The notes below the pieces were generated by a model that worked only from the letters and a program-made list of their open reading frames with translations, searched no databases and was not told where the DNA came from. The position numbers and the translations under genes are program-made. From Podarcis muralis (lineage: Eukaryota), in assembly GCF_964188315.1 (NCBI RefSeq), contig NC_135667.1, positions 13,082,001-13,146,000 of the forward strand: 64,000 nucleotides of DNA. The letters are read 5' to 3'. Positions 47,598-58,160 of this stretch are shown piece after piece (within the stretch, counting starts at the first letter, position 1; each line of letters begins with the position of its first letter).

Positions 47598-48562
47598 TGT
47601 GATCTGGAGCCGTTCCCACACTTTGCAGGGGGCGTTCCGGCCCCTGCTTGCCGTCATTGCTGCTTTGCCACGCTTCCCGGTCAGTCTTCCAATTGGAGGG
47701 AAGCTCGGGGGCGGGGTTTAGCCGCTCAAATGCAGCCACAGCAGCTCTTTCCCCTCATTGCGCTGCCAGGTTTCAACGGGTCACCCACCCACCCACCCTT
47801 CCCTTTAGTTCATCGCTTCGTGCTTGACCTTACTATGGACCTCTGGTTGGTCGCCTTGGTTGCCCAAGGGGCCTGGTAGGAATTTTTACCCAATTGGCAA
47901 ATTGGCACCGGCCACTTGGTTTTTTGCCTACCTCATAGCAAATTGTCACAACTTTCTGGTATTGGCGGTTGGGCATTGGAATATGTTGTTGGTGTATGGA
48001 AGGGCAGGGTGTGGCCATGGCCTACCCCTTCACTTTATGGGTATTCCGTTAAAAGAATCCGGCGGTCATGGATCCTGTCTGATGCCCTGCTGGTGGCTGG
48101 GGGCCATGGCACGACTCCCGGTGACATCAGGGGAGAGCTTTCAGTTGTATTTGCATCAACAGGCTCCCCCTACTGGTGGTTAACCCTTGTTAGACTCACC
48201 CAATCCTGAGGGGGTGGAGTCAGTGGCGTAGCGTGGGGGGTGCAGGGGGGGCCGGCCGCACCGGGCGCAACATCTGGGGTTAGGGCAAATCCACAGGTTA
48301 GGGGGCGCAAATCCACGGGTTAGGGGGCGCAAATCCACGGGTTAGGGGGCGCAAATTACTTGCCTTGCCCCGGGTGCTGACAACCCACGCTACCCCACTG
48401 GGTGGAGTCAAGCTCTGCTGTTTATCCAATGCCCAAGCCAATGCCTCTCACATGCTGTAATCAATAAAGTTGTGGCCTTTTCTAGCCCATTAACCTAATA
48501 TACTGTGTCCTTGTGTCTTTCTTATCCCCAAGCGGGGGGGGGGGGGAGGTCCTCGAATCACA
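47598..48562 (+). mobile_element. LTR-like sequence (solo or orphan 3' LTR)
   Basis: TGTGAT...ATCACA termini, AATAAA ~48464, purine run immediately 5'; no TSD found. Confidence 0.45.
48221..48400. mobile_element. hAT-type MITE nested in the LTR-like sequence
   Basis: 17-bp TIR with one mismatch (CAGTGGCGTAGCGTGGG), 8-bp TSD GGTGGAGT, internal 22-bp tandem repeats. Confidence 0.9.
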
Positions 48563-49000
48563 ACTTATTCCCTGTTCTACAGGGCCCATTATTCATTGAG
48601 GGGAGAAATGTGGTTTAAATGCACTTTTAAAAAATACATGTTGCACATATCCTCAGTGACCAGCTTGTAACTGTTAAGGAAAAATTAATGAAATATCAAT
48701 TTTACCAGTAAAAATTCCCTGAGCTGAAAACAGATAGCAATACAACAGCCATGTTTAATCCCTAGTGAGCATCGAGACTCCTCAAGCCACATAGCAGGAA
48801 ATTCTCCCCGAGCTTCCCCTCTGGATTAACAAGTATTGATAACTATCCCCACAGACTTGCCCAAAGAGCAGCTATCTATGTATGAATGAAACAGGTTCTT
48901 GATAATGGATTCTGGAGTCAATGTATTCACTATTTCAAAGGGTATCTCAAACTGGTTTGGAAAAGGAAAATAGCAGGTATTGCAGGGATCTTGATTAACA

Positions 49001-49352
49001 GCGGGTGGCGCTGTGGGTTAAACCACAGAGCCTAGGACTTGCCAATCAGAAGGTCAGCGGTTTGAATCCCCGCGACAGGGTGAGCTCCCGTTGCTTGGTC
49101 CCTGCTCCTGCCAACCTAGCAGTTCGAAAACACGTCAAAGTGCAAGTAGATAAATAGGTACCACTCCGGTGGGAAAGTAAACGGCATTTCCGTGCGCTGC
49201 TCTGGTTCGCCAGAAGTGGCTTAGTCATGCTGGCCACATGACCCGGAAGCTGTACTCCGGCTCCCTCAGCCAGTAAAGCGAGATGAGCGCCGCAACCCCA
49301 GAGTCGGTCACGACTGGACCTAATGGTCAGGGGTCCCTTTACCTTTACCTTT
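49001..49352 (+). mobile_element. Sauria SINE, second subfamily
   Basis: CGGGTGGCGCTGTGGGTTAAACCACAGAGCC head, ACCTTT tail; no clear TSD. Confidence 0.9.
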
Positions 49353-49859
49353 AAATATGCTGGAGAAACATGAACTCTGAGCATGACCTGATTTACAGGC
49401 ACAACCCTTTTTGTGCCATTTAAAGCTGCCATTTGGGGGGTAGCTTTTCTCTTACAAGGGTGGGTAGTATCTGAGGGTTAAAAAATTGTAACATGTTTTT
49501 TGTTCTGAGCTTCTTGTCCATCTCCTTGCATGGGCAGTGGGAGACTGCTTGCAAACAGAACAATAATGATCAACAGCTTGCCTTGCTTTCTTTGTTTTAT
49601 CTCTGACTAACATAGCTGAAGTGCACTGCAACACCCCTGCCTTGTGGCAAAACTGTGGGCCCAGGATCTTGCTCATATCACACTTCTGTGGCAGCATGGG
49701 CTTACACATGAGTTAACACATAATGCATGTGTGATCAGGGATGTGTGAGTGAGGACAAAATGCTTTTGATTGTTGAAGATCTAGCCCTGAAACCTGAGAA
49801 AATAATAACTAACATCTGAACATTGTGAGGAAAGAAAGAAAAAAGAACGAATTCCTTAT

Positions 49860-50110
49860 TCTTCCTCTGGGGTAAAGGGCAGTGAAAAGGGTCACATTCT
49901 TTTCCTCTTTGGGAAGAACAAAATACTTCCCTGCTCATCTAAAGGTCTTGGCACACAGACACTGGAAGCTGCCATAGTAAGAGCTCCAGAGACTCAAGGC
50001 AGAGACACCCCAGCTATCAGTCTTAAGGGAGCTCATTAAAAAGTTTGCATTGTGCATCAGAGAGAGCGAGAGTGCAGGTGACCTCTGGGATGGAAATGGA
50101 AATGGTGAAG
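49860..50110. promoter_or_regulatory. Candidate OR cluster enhancer (H/P-element-like homeodomain + O/E motif cluster)
   Basis: TCATTAAAAAGTT at 50033-50045 = AACTTTTTAATGA on the minus strand; adjacent TCCCTTAAGA (50021-50030) and other O/E-like sites at 49863 and 50081. Confidence 0.55.
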
Positions 50111-51030
50111 CAGTAGGCCTTGATCTGGGCCCTAGTCCAACAACCATTTATCCAAGGAATAAGGCAGAAGAGCGTGTCCATGGAGAAAAATTCACAACCA
50201 TTTGTGCACTGTTTCAACTAGCCATGCCTTATTTCAGGGTATTCCATTCCTTCCCCTTTCCACTCAAAAAGGAATTTAGAATCCCTTGGCTGGTGAACAT
50301 GCTCAGTACTTATTCAACAGGGTTTTTTTTTGGGGGGGGGCTGCCTTCCCCAAGGCTATTTTGCATTTTATAGTTGTACTTTTGCAAACGTGGCGGTTCT
50401 CCCAGACTGATGATGATGATGTAAAAATTAGAATTAAACTTGAATGCAAAGCTCACATTTCTTCAGGTTTAAAGTACATACTGTAGCTTCCTGGGAGCTC
50501 TAGTTCCATCTCACAGATCTACAGTTCCTATCATCCATAACAAACTACAGTTCTTGGGATTCTTTGGAGGAAGTCATGTGCTGTAGATGTGTGCTGAATG
50601 TGCTTTAAATGTATTGTCTGAATCTATCTTCTCAGTTAGGGTTGCTATGTCTCCTCTTTTTCCAGGCCATGTGCTCTTTTTTAGGGGTAAAGTTTCTGTC
50701 CGAATGGATTTTTTAAATTTGCAAAAATGTCTTTGGCTATAATTTCTGCATGAGACATAGACTTAACTGGTGCTTGAAGACTTGCTTTCCTCTTCTCTTC
50801 TCCTGTCCCCCTGAGCAATATATCACAGCTTCTATAGCCTACATATAGCAGAGGTATTTAAAATAAGAGTTGTTCTAGAGTCCTTTTCTTTGCTCTTCAA
50901 AACATGTACTGTTAATCTACTGTTGTCTTTGGAATTCACTAAGCAAAGGGTGTGTAAGAAATCTAATGAATAATGATTAAGTGCAAGGAAGCATAAGAAT
51001 AAAAGCAAGTATAGCAATGCTATGCCATAG

Positions 51031-51972
51031 TTATCTTTCACTTGTCTGGAAATTTTGTATTTTTTTCAGCAGTTTCCACATAGCAACTTTGACCTCCCTG
51101 TTCCTCAGTGTGTAGATCATGGGGTTCATCACAGGGAAGATCACTGTGTGGAAAAAGGCCACCACCTTGTCAAACGGGTGGTCCTGGAAAGGACGGCAAT
51201 AGATATAGATAGCTGGGCCAAACATAATGAAGATAATGATGATGTGGGTCATGCATGTAGAGGAGGCTTTGTTCTTCCCTTGGCTTGAGCCCTTCCTCAC
51301 CTTGACAAGGAGGGCCACATAAGAGATGAGGAGGAAGATGAAACATCCAGTAGTGACCAGACCACTGTTAACAAACATGACAAACTCTAATGTATTAGTG
51401 TTGGTGCAAGCCAGCTTGATGATCTGGGTTGTGTCACAAAAGAAGTTGTCCAACTCATTGGGGCCACAAAAAGGCAGTGGGGCAATGAGAATGACCTGGA
51501 TCATGGTGTGTATGAAACCTGCAGCCCATGCACACACCAGCATAGCCCAGCAAACCACCCTGGTCACCACAGTGACATAGTGCATTGGGTGGCAGATGGC
51601 CACATAGCGATCCACAGCCATGGAAATAAGGAGAATGATCTCTGCCCCACCGAGGAAATGAATGAAGAAAAGCTGAGCCATGCAGTCTCTGTAGGAGATG
51701 GTTCTGCAGCCAGCCAAGAAGTTGGCTATGATCTTCGGAGTTGTGACACAGCTGTAGCAGATGTCCATGAAGGCCAGGTTGGCCAAGAAGAAAAACATGG
51801 GGGATCCCAAATGGGGGTCATGCCTAATTGTCATAATGATGAGGACATTTCCAGGTAGGATGATGGCATAGAAGAGCAGGAGTAGGGTACAGAAAAACAG
51901 CTGCACCAACCAGACCTCTGATATTCCCTGGAGAACAAACTCGACCACTACTGTATGAGTCCCATTTTCCAT
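51031..51972 (-). CDS. Olfactory receptor OR-5 (OR4 family, second subgroup, OR4N/4M-like), intact, 313 aa
   Basis: HLGSPMFFFL, MAVDRYVAICHP, FCGPNELDNFFCD, KASSTC, PVMNPMIYTLRN. Confidence 0.94.
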   Translation of the reverse strand: MENGTHTVVVEFVLQGISEVWLVQLFFCTLLLLFYAIILPGNVLIIMTIRHDPHLGSPMFFFLANLAFMDICYSCVTTPKIIANFLAGCRTISYRDCMAQLFFIHFLGGAEIILLISMAVDRYVAICHPMHYVTVVTRVVCWAMLVCAWAAGFIHTMIQVILIAPLPFCGPNELDNFFCDTTQIIKLACTNTNTLEFVMFVNSGLVTTGCFIFLLISYVALLVKVRKGSSQGKNKASSTCMTHIIIIFIMFGPAIYIYCRPFQDHPFDKVVAFFHTVIFPVMNPMIYTLRNREVKVAMWKLLKKIQNFQTSER

Positions 51973-53737
51973 CCTTGCAGATTATAGCCTTGAAGTGGAA
52001 CACTGATGAAGACATTAAATAGAAAACAATCACAGAATTCCCTCCCCCTCACTTGTATGCGTTCCTCTACATGCAGCCAGTTAGTAGACTGGCCAAGAAA
52101 AAATCTTCTAAGTTAGTAGACTGGCCAAGAAAAAATCTTCTAAGTTATGTCTGGATCAACTCAATTTTGCACAGAGAAGTGTAGATGTTCTAGCACATCT
52201 CTGTGGGATGTCATTTATGGAAAAGGAAGGGGTGAGTTGGCAGATAAGGAGACCTGTACAATCTGTTTTAGAACTTCCAAAATCTTATGCTTCTTATAAC
52301 TCCAGAACATATTTTAAAAATGGAGAGAGTTTGGATCATTAGATCAGGGTTAGGTAACCTGTGATCCTCCATATGTTGTTAGTCTACAACTTCCATCAGC
52401 CATGTTGTCAGTGAATGACAGGAGCTGTAGTTCAGAAACATCAGGAAGAGCAAAGGTTAACTAATGTGGAATTCATAAACTATATGCTCTTTCCTGCCTG
52501 TTGGTAAAATTTATTCTCCTCTCTGCAAATGAGCCCTCACCTTCCTCAAAGCTCCTTCATAAGTGCCCTTAATTCTTAAACCTGATCATGTTTGTGTATT
52601 GCCAAACAACACTATTTATATAAATCAGGAAGTGATGGCAGCAAGACACTAGTAACACAGACAAAACTATAAATTAACATAGACAAAACCATAAAGTTGC
52701 CACCCACTTCAAACGTCCCCACTTCCTCTCAAGGTCTAGATGTGGTAATGAAAGAGTGTGTTCCTTGGCCTTTCTCACAGGTACTCCAGTGGTGCGGTTG
52801 ATTATTCTTTTGTGTGCTCCACCCAGGTGCAAAAGTTGAGATTGTTGCAAGTTATACCATTCTAGCAAGTGCCAGCAGGAAGCTCTGATCAATTCCCCCC
52901 AAAATGGCTGTGTTGTGGTACTCCAAGCAGCAGGGAGCAGGAAAAAGGCTCATGTTGATCCATTTGGTCTCTGCAGCTTTAGCTCATAAATACAGTAGGT
53001 CAGGATCACTCTTGTGTAATTCCAGCACCCATGTGTGATTCCTGTCCACAGAAATGGACAAACCTTCTTAGCAGTGATTTCAGCCCAAAACAAGTGTGTG
53101 ATTTCAGTCAACAGGAACTACAGCACAAGGATCTCTATGGCATAACTTAGCAAATCTAGCATTTGAAACAAGGACAGTTCAGCTCTTAGACACCCTGCAT
53201 CAATACGACCTAACAACAGCCAATGGGCTCCTCATTATAAGGGAAGAAAATGATCCCTAGTTTCCTTCCTGATCAGATCTTCACTCTTGTATGCTTATGC
53301 TCTGGGTAACCTAGAAATGGATAGATCTGTTGATTTTTCTTTCTCTGATGCTTATTTCACCAGTATTAAATTCATTCCCCCAATTTCCAAACCAGTATGT
53401 GAACTCTCCTTAACAAAAGTTCACATGAAAATTTGTACACATTTTTCTATGTATTTCTCCCACTTTTCACATTTATGCAAGTATTCTCCCCCCCCCCCCC
53501 AATATCTATGCTTTCTTTTGTTTAAAAACGAGGTGCCAATACTCATATACTGTATGGGTGAAAGTGTTGTGGGTGCTTGTCCAGAAAGTCCTTGTCCAGA
53601 AGGGAATGTGCCTGTTCCTTGAAGGGCTAAAGTGGCAGAAAGAATGGAGCAAAAAAATAATAATCAGTTTACCTCATTCCTCCGCCAGTGGCCCAACCTA
53701 CTTTCCTTCCTCTTTAGTTGTGACTAGTGAGAAGGAG

Positions 53738-53904
53738 GGAGAAGGGGACGACAGAGGACGAGATGGTTGGATAGTGTTCTTGAAGCTACCAGCATGAGTT
53801 TGACCAAACTGGGGGAGCCAGGGGAAGACAGGAGTGCCTGGCGTGCTCTGGTCCATGGGGTCACGAAGAGTCAGACACGACTAAACGACTAAACAACAAC
53901 AACA
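53738..53904 (+). mobile_element. Bov-B (RTE) LINE 3' end, 5'-truncated
   Basis: GTCCATGGGGTCACGAAGAGTCAGACACGACTAAACGACTAAAC(AAC)n tail; 12-bp TSD AGTGAGAAGGAG. Confidence 0.9.
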
Positions 53905-54712
53905 AGTGAGAAGGAGAAGAAGGGGTAAGAAGAGCTGCAGAAGAACAAGGAAGGATAAGAAAAGGGCTGTAGAATTGAGAGAAAGCTGCCTCTTACCAGT
54001 TCCCAATTGCCCTCCCTAATTTTCTAGCAGTCCTTGAGGCACCACTAGGCTCCCTCATCCATCTCCATGGCTATATGGCTTCTGGCCCTAGGAGAGCCAA
54101 AAGTGGGGAGAAGAAGTTGCCTATTCAAGGACATCCAGGGCCCTTAGGAGCAGCTCCTTCCATTGCCTCCCAAGGACCTTATTAAAAAGTTAGCATCAAG
54201 AACTTTATTAAAAAGTCAGCTTTGGAGCTTCAGCTGCCAGGACTTCAAAGTACAATGCAGGGAAGTTTGGAAGTCCTATAAATTATCAGTTTTTGGAGGT
54301 TTGGAAGTAGCATGGGGCTGTTTAAAGCAGGGATTTCAAACAGCTCGTGCTGCCCTTTGAATCTTCAGGCAATATGCTGACAAAGCAGACCCCCAACAGG
54401 ATTGAACCCCACTGTTCCACCCATCAGGTGATGTCACCCAATTATATCAGATGATGGACAGGTGGGTGTGGTTTGCAGAATATGGCCTCATGAGTCATCT
54501 TGGACTCCCGGGAGGGGCAAGACTGACCCATGGGACAGAGGTTTCCTACCCCTGAGTTAACATTTGCCCAACAACACTAGATACTGAAAAATCCTTGGTT
54601 TTGCTGACATGATTGTGATAGCATTTTATCTGAACAATCTCTTCCTTTGGTAGACATGATTGTTGCATTACTGTTAATTTCTCTCATCTACTTTTGATCA
54701 GCTTACTGCAAC

Positions 54713-55033
54713 CAGGGCCAGATTTTGGTTTGATGAGGCCCTAAGCTACTGAAGGTAATGGGGCCCTTTATATGTCTAGCTGTCCTTTATCAACAACAAA
54801 TTGTTGCTGTTTTGTGTGTGTTGAATACATGCTATATGGTAATTTATGGACCTAATAGGTCGATACACAACACAAAACACTTTTCCTCTATGTAGGTTTT
54901 ATTTTATTTGTTTTTTATCTTATATTTTGGAAATGTACATCCAGTTGTTTTTTTTCTTTACATTTTTTGAGGGCCCCAAGAGAGTGGGACCCTAAGCTAT
55001 AGCTTGTTTAGCTTATACGTAAATCCGGCACTG
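54713..55033. mobile_element. hAT-type MITE
   Basis: TIR CAGGGCCAGATTT / AAATCCGGCACTG; 8-bp TSD ACTGCAAC. Confidence 0.88.
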
Positions 55034-56481
55034 ACTGCAACTGTTAGCTGGATTGTTACTCTTTGACTCCTGCCTTTCTTGATGATTCTGCTTTTGCTTG
55101 ATGGGCTCTGAAATCCTGTCAGGCCTGCCCTGGATTCTTATCAGCAGTGAAGAAATTTGCTCTTTTCCACGTTGACAGAATGCCAGTTATTAACTGGCAC
55201 TGCAACATGTTCATGTAGAATCAGAAGAATCTTTATTTGCATCAGCCACTAGCCAAAGCATTAAAATAAAATGTACTGAAGATAGAGGTAAAAACTTAAC
55301 AATAAAAAATACATTTTGGGGATTTACATCAATAATCAAATAACAGATCTTATTCTAATTGCCATATCTTATGTAGCCATATCTTACAGGGAAGTTGTGT
55401 GATTGGTTATTTAGATTAGTGTTGCCTAATTTGGCTTTGTGGTGCTGTTAAATAGTAAAATATGACTGGCTATTGTCATGAAATTCTACTCAATATCACC
55501 CAGAGCAGAAGTCCAATGTATAGTTAGCAGAGTAAAAACTTGTAGAATTGCAGGATTCCCAGTAAATAGACAAGAGGCAATTGTATTTCATCCAGCAGAG
55601 CTTTACTGCTATTGAAGGTAAAGTAGCACAATGGTCACAAATCCAATACATTCAGGACTGGCACTGTCCATAAGAACTCTAGTTGCAGCAGACTTAACTT
55701 AAACTTATAATAAATTATAATAAGTCTAAACCTTAACACTAAGCATACTATGTAGAGAACACCACACCAAAGGGAAAGAAAGACAGAAAGGAAAGTGAAA
55801 CCCAGGTTCAGCTTCTCTGAAGGAATAATCCAAACATCATGAACCTTCTGCTTGTTTCTTTCACACAGAGAAGCTTCCAGAAACCATCTTGAATTAATTA
55901 GAATAAGAAAGATCTCTACATATCAGATCAATACTTTCTGTACTAAGAAATGCAAACTCACAGCTATATGGTAAAATAATATCAGGGCATTCAATATAGG
56001 TAGATCATGTGTTTGGATTGCACAGAAATGTATCAGGTTTTTTTGTTTTCTGTGCAATTTTAATAATACAGGGTTCCTCTATAGGAGGCTTGGACACATA
56101 AACCCTAAATATGTCACTGGACACCAACTCCCATTAGCTTCAGCCAGCATGGCCATTGGTCAGGAATGATGGGAGTTGGAGTCCAGCAATGTCTTGAGGG
56201 TCACAACGTACCCACCTCTGCTCCATAGATTACACTTGAATATTCCTAGAATGTCTAATGATTGGAACAAAAGTAGATAACTTATTACAAATACTCATCA
56301 TTATTAGGAGAATGTTCTCAACATTTCCAACACTTGGAAGTGTGTGTAAGTAGGAAGATGTGAAGGAAACAAATGTGCTTGAAGTGTTTCCTGTTAGTTT
56401 TGTACTGTATTTTACAAAGAAAATGTATTTTACAAAGCATAACTTGTATTGCCTTTTTAACTTGTTAACTGCCTTTAAAAA

Positions 56482-56482
<1 letters not shown>

Positions 56483-56557
<75 letters not shown>
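56483..56557. repeat. Compound (GT)n(GA)n microsatellite
   Basis: Direct reading. Confidence 0.95.
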
Positions 56558-56560
<3 letters not shown>

Positions 56561-57209
56561 GTGAGGATGGGGGTGTTTGCTGTTATTTTGTTGCCTGAGA
56601 ACATGGGAGTGTGAAGACTTCAAGCAGGCTCTGTCTGGAAAAAATTATGAAGACAGGCAAGCAATGGACTAACGATTTATGCATTGCTATGAAAGTCTGT
56701 ATTTTTGGAGCAAGAAGACCAAACCCTCTCTTGGGCTCAAGGGAGAGAAATAAATTGTATTGAACTCAATATATAAATTATACAGCTTGTTCAGTTGTTG
56801 CCATCCTGACAAGATTCATCTTCAAGTTTTGTTTAAGGAGTCTATTTTACCACAAAGGTTTGGGGGTGAAACTGCAGCACAAATCTGAATGAATCAAAAA
56901 TAGCTAACATTTTCCAGCATGAAGACTGGTTTTGGCAAGTTATTCCAAAGTTATTTAAAAATATGTGCTAGCTTTACTACACAGTTAATTAGACTACAGT
57001 GTTGAAAATCAATTTCACTCACTTATATCACTTTATTTCATAGAAATACTTCATTTCAAATAAACCTTAAAATTTACCTTTGATGATATGCACTCACTAT
57101 AAAGACACTACTGTGTTACTACAACATTAGTCAAAGAAAGTGGGATGATAAAGTAAAACATAAAGTGATCACTGAAGCACTACACTCTATTTTCCTTTCA
57201 GATATCTGC

Positions 57210-58160
57210 CTAAATTTTATACTTCATCATCAGTCTCCACATAGCAACTTTGATCTCCTTGTTCCTTAGTGTGTAGATCGTGGGGTTCATCAAAGGGAAG
57301 ACCACAGTGTGGAAAAAAGCCACTATCTTGTCAAAGGGGAAATCTTGGAAGGGGCGGCAGTAGATGTAGATAGCCGGACCAAACATGATGAAGACAATGA
57401 TGATGTGGGTGATGCACGTAGAGGAGGCTTTGCTCTTCCCTTGACCAGAGCCTGTCCTCACCTTGACCAGCAAAGCCCCATATGAAATGAGGAGGAGGAT
57501 GAAACATCCAGTAGTGACCAGCCCACTGTTAACAAACATGACAAATTCTAATGCATAAGTGTTGGTGCAAGCCAGCTTGATGATCTGGGTGATGTCACAA
57601 AAGAAATTGTCCAGTTCATTGGGGCCACAGAAAGGAAGTGGTATGATGAGAATCACCTGGATTATAGAATGTATGAATCCTCCTGCCCATGAACCTACAA
57701 CTAACATCCAGCAAACCACTCTGGTCATCACAGTGGCATAGTGCAGTGGGTGGCAGATGGCTACATACCGATCCACAGCCATGGCAATAAGGAGGTTGAT
57801 CTCGGCCCCACCCAGAAAATGAATGAAGAAAAGCTGCGCAATGCAGCCCCTGTAGGAGATGGTTCTGCAGCCAGCCAAGACGTTGGCTATCATCTTTGGA
57901 GGGGTGACACAGCTGTAGCAGATGTCCATCAAAGCCAAATTGGCCAAGAAGAAAAACATGGGGGATCCCAGATGGGAATATTTCAAAATGGTCACAATGA
58001 TAAGGATGTTCCCAGGTAGGATGATGACATAGAAGAGCAGGAGGAGACAACATAGGAACAGCTGCAGCTCCCAGATCTGTGATAATCCCTGGAGAACAAA
58101 CTCTGCCACTACTGTGTAGTTCAGTTCCATCTCCACTACTGTATGGTTCCATTGTTCCAT
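57210..58160 (-). CDS. Olfactory receptor OR-6 (second subgroup), intact, 316 aa (306 aa from the second ATG at 58130)
   Basis: Full OR motif set; duplicated N-terminal decapeptide. Confidence 0.93.
   Translation of the reverse strand: MEQWNHTVVEMELNYTVVAEFVLQGLSQIWELQLFLCCLLLLFYVIILPGNILIIVTILKYSHLGSPMFFFLANLALMDICYSCVTPPKMIANVLAGCRTISYRGCIAQLFFIHFLGGAEINLLIAMAVDRYVAICHPLHYATVMTRVVCWMLVVGSWAGGFIHSIIQVILIIPLPFCGPNELDNFFCDITQIIKLACTNTYALEFVMFVNSGLVTTGCFILLLISYGALLVKVRTGSGQGKSKASSTCITHIIIVFIMFGPAIYIYCRPFQDFPFDKIVAFFHTVVFPLMNPTIYTLRNKEIKVAMWRLMMKYKI

Noticed and set aside
48278-48350. TTAGGG-containing repeats suggesting interstitial telomere
   Set aside because: One TTAGGG per 22-bp unit inside a hAT MITE, not a tandem hexamer array
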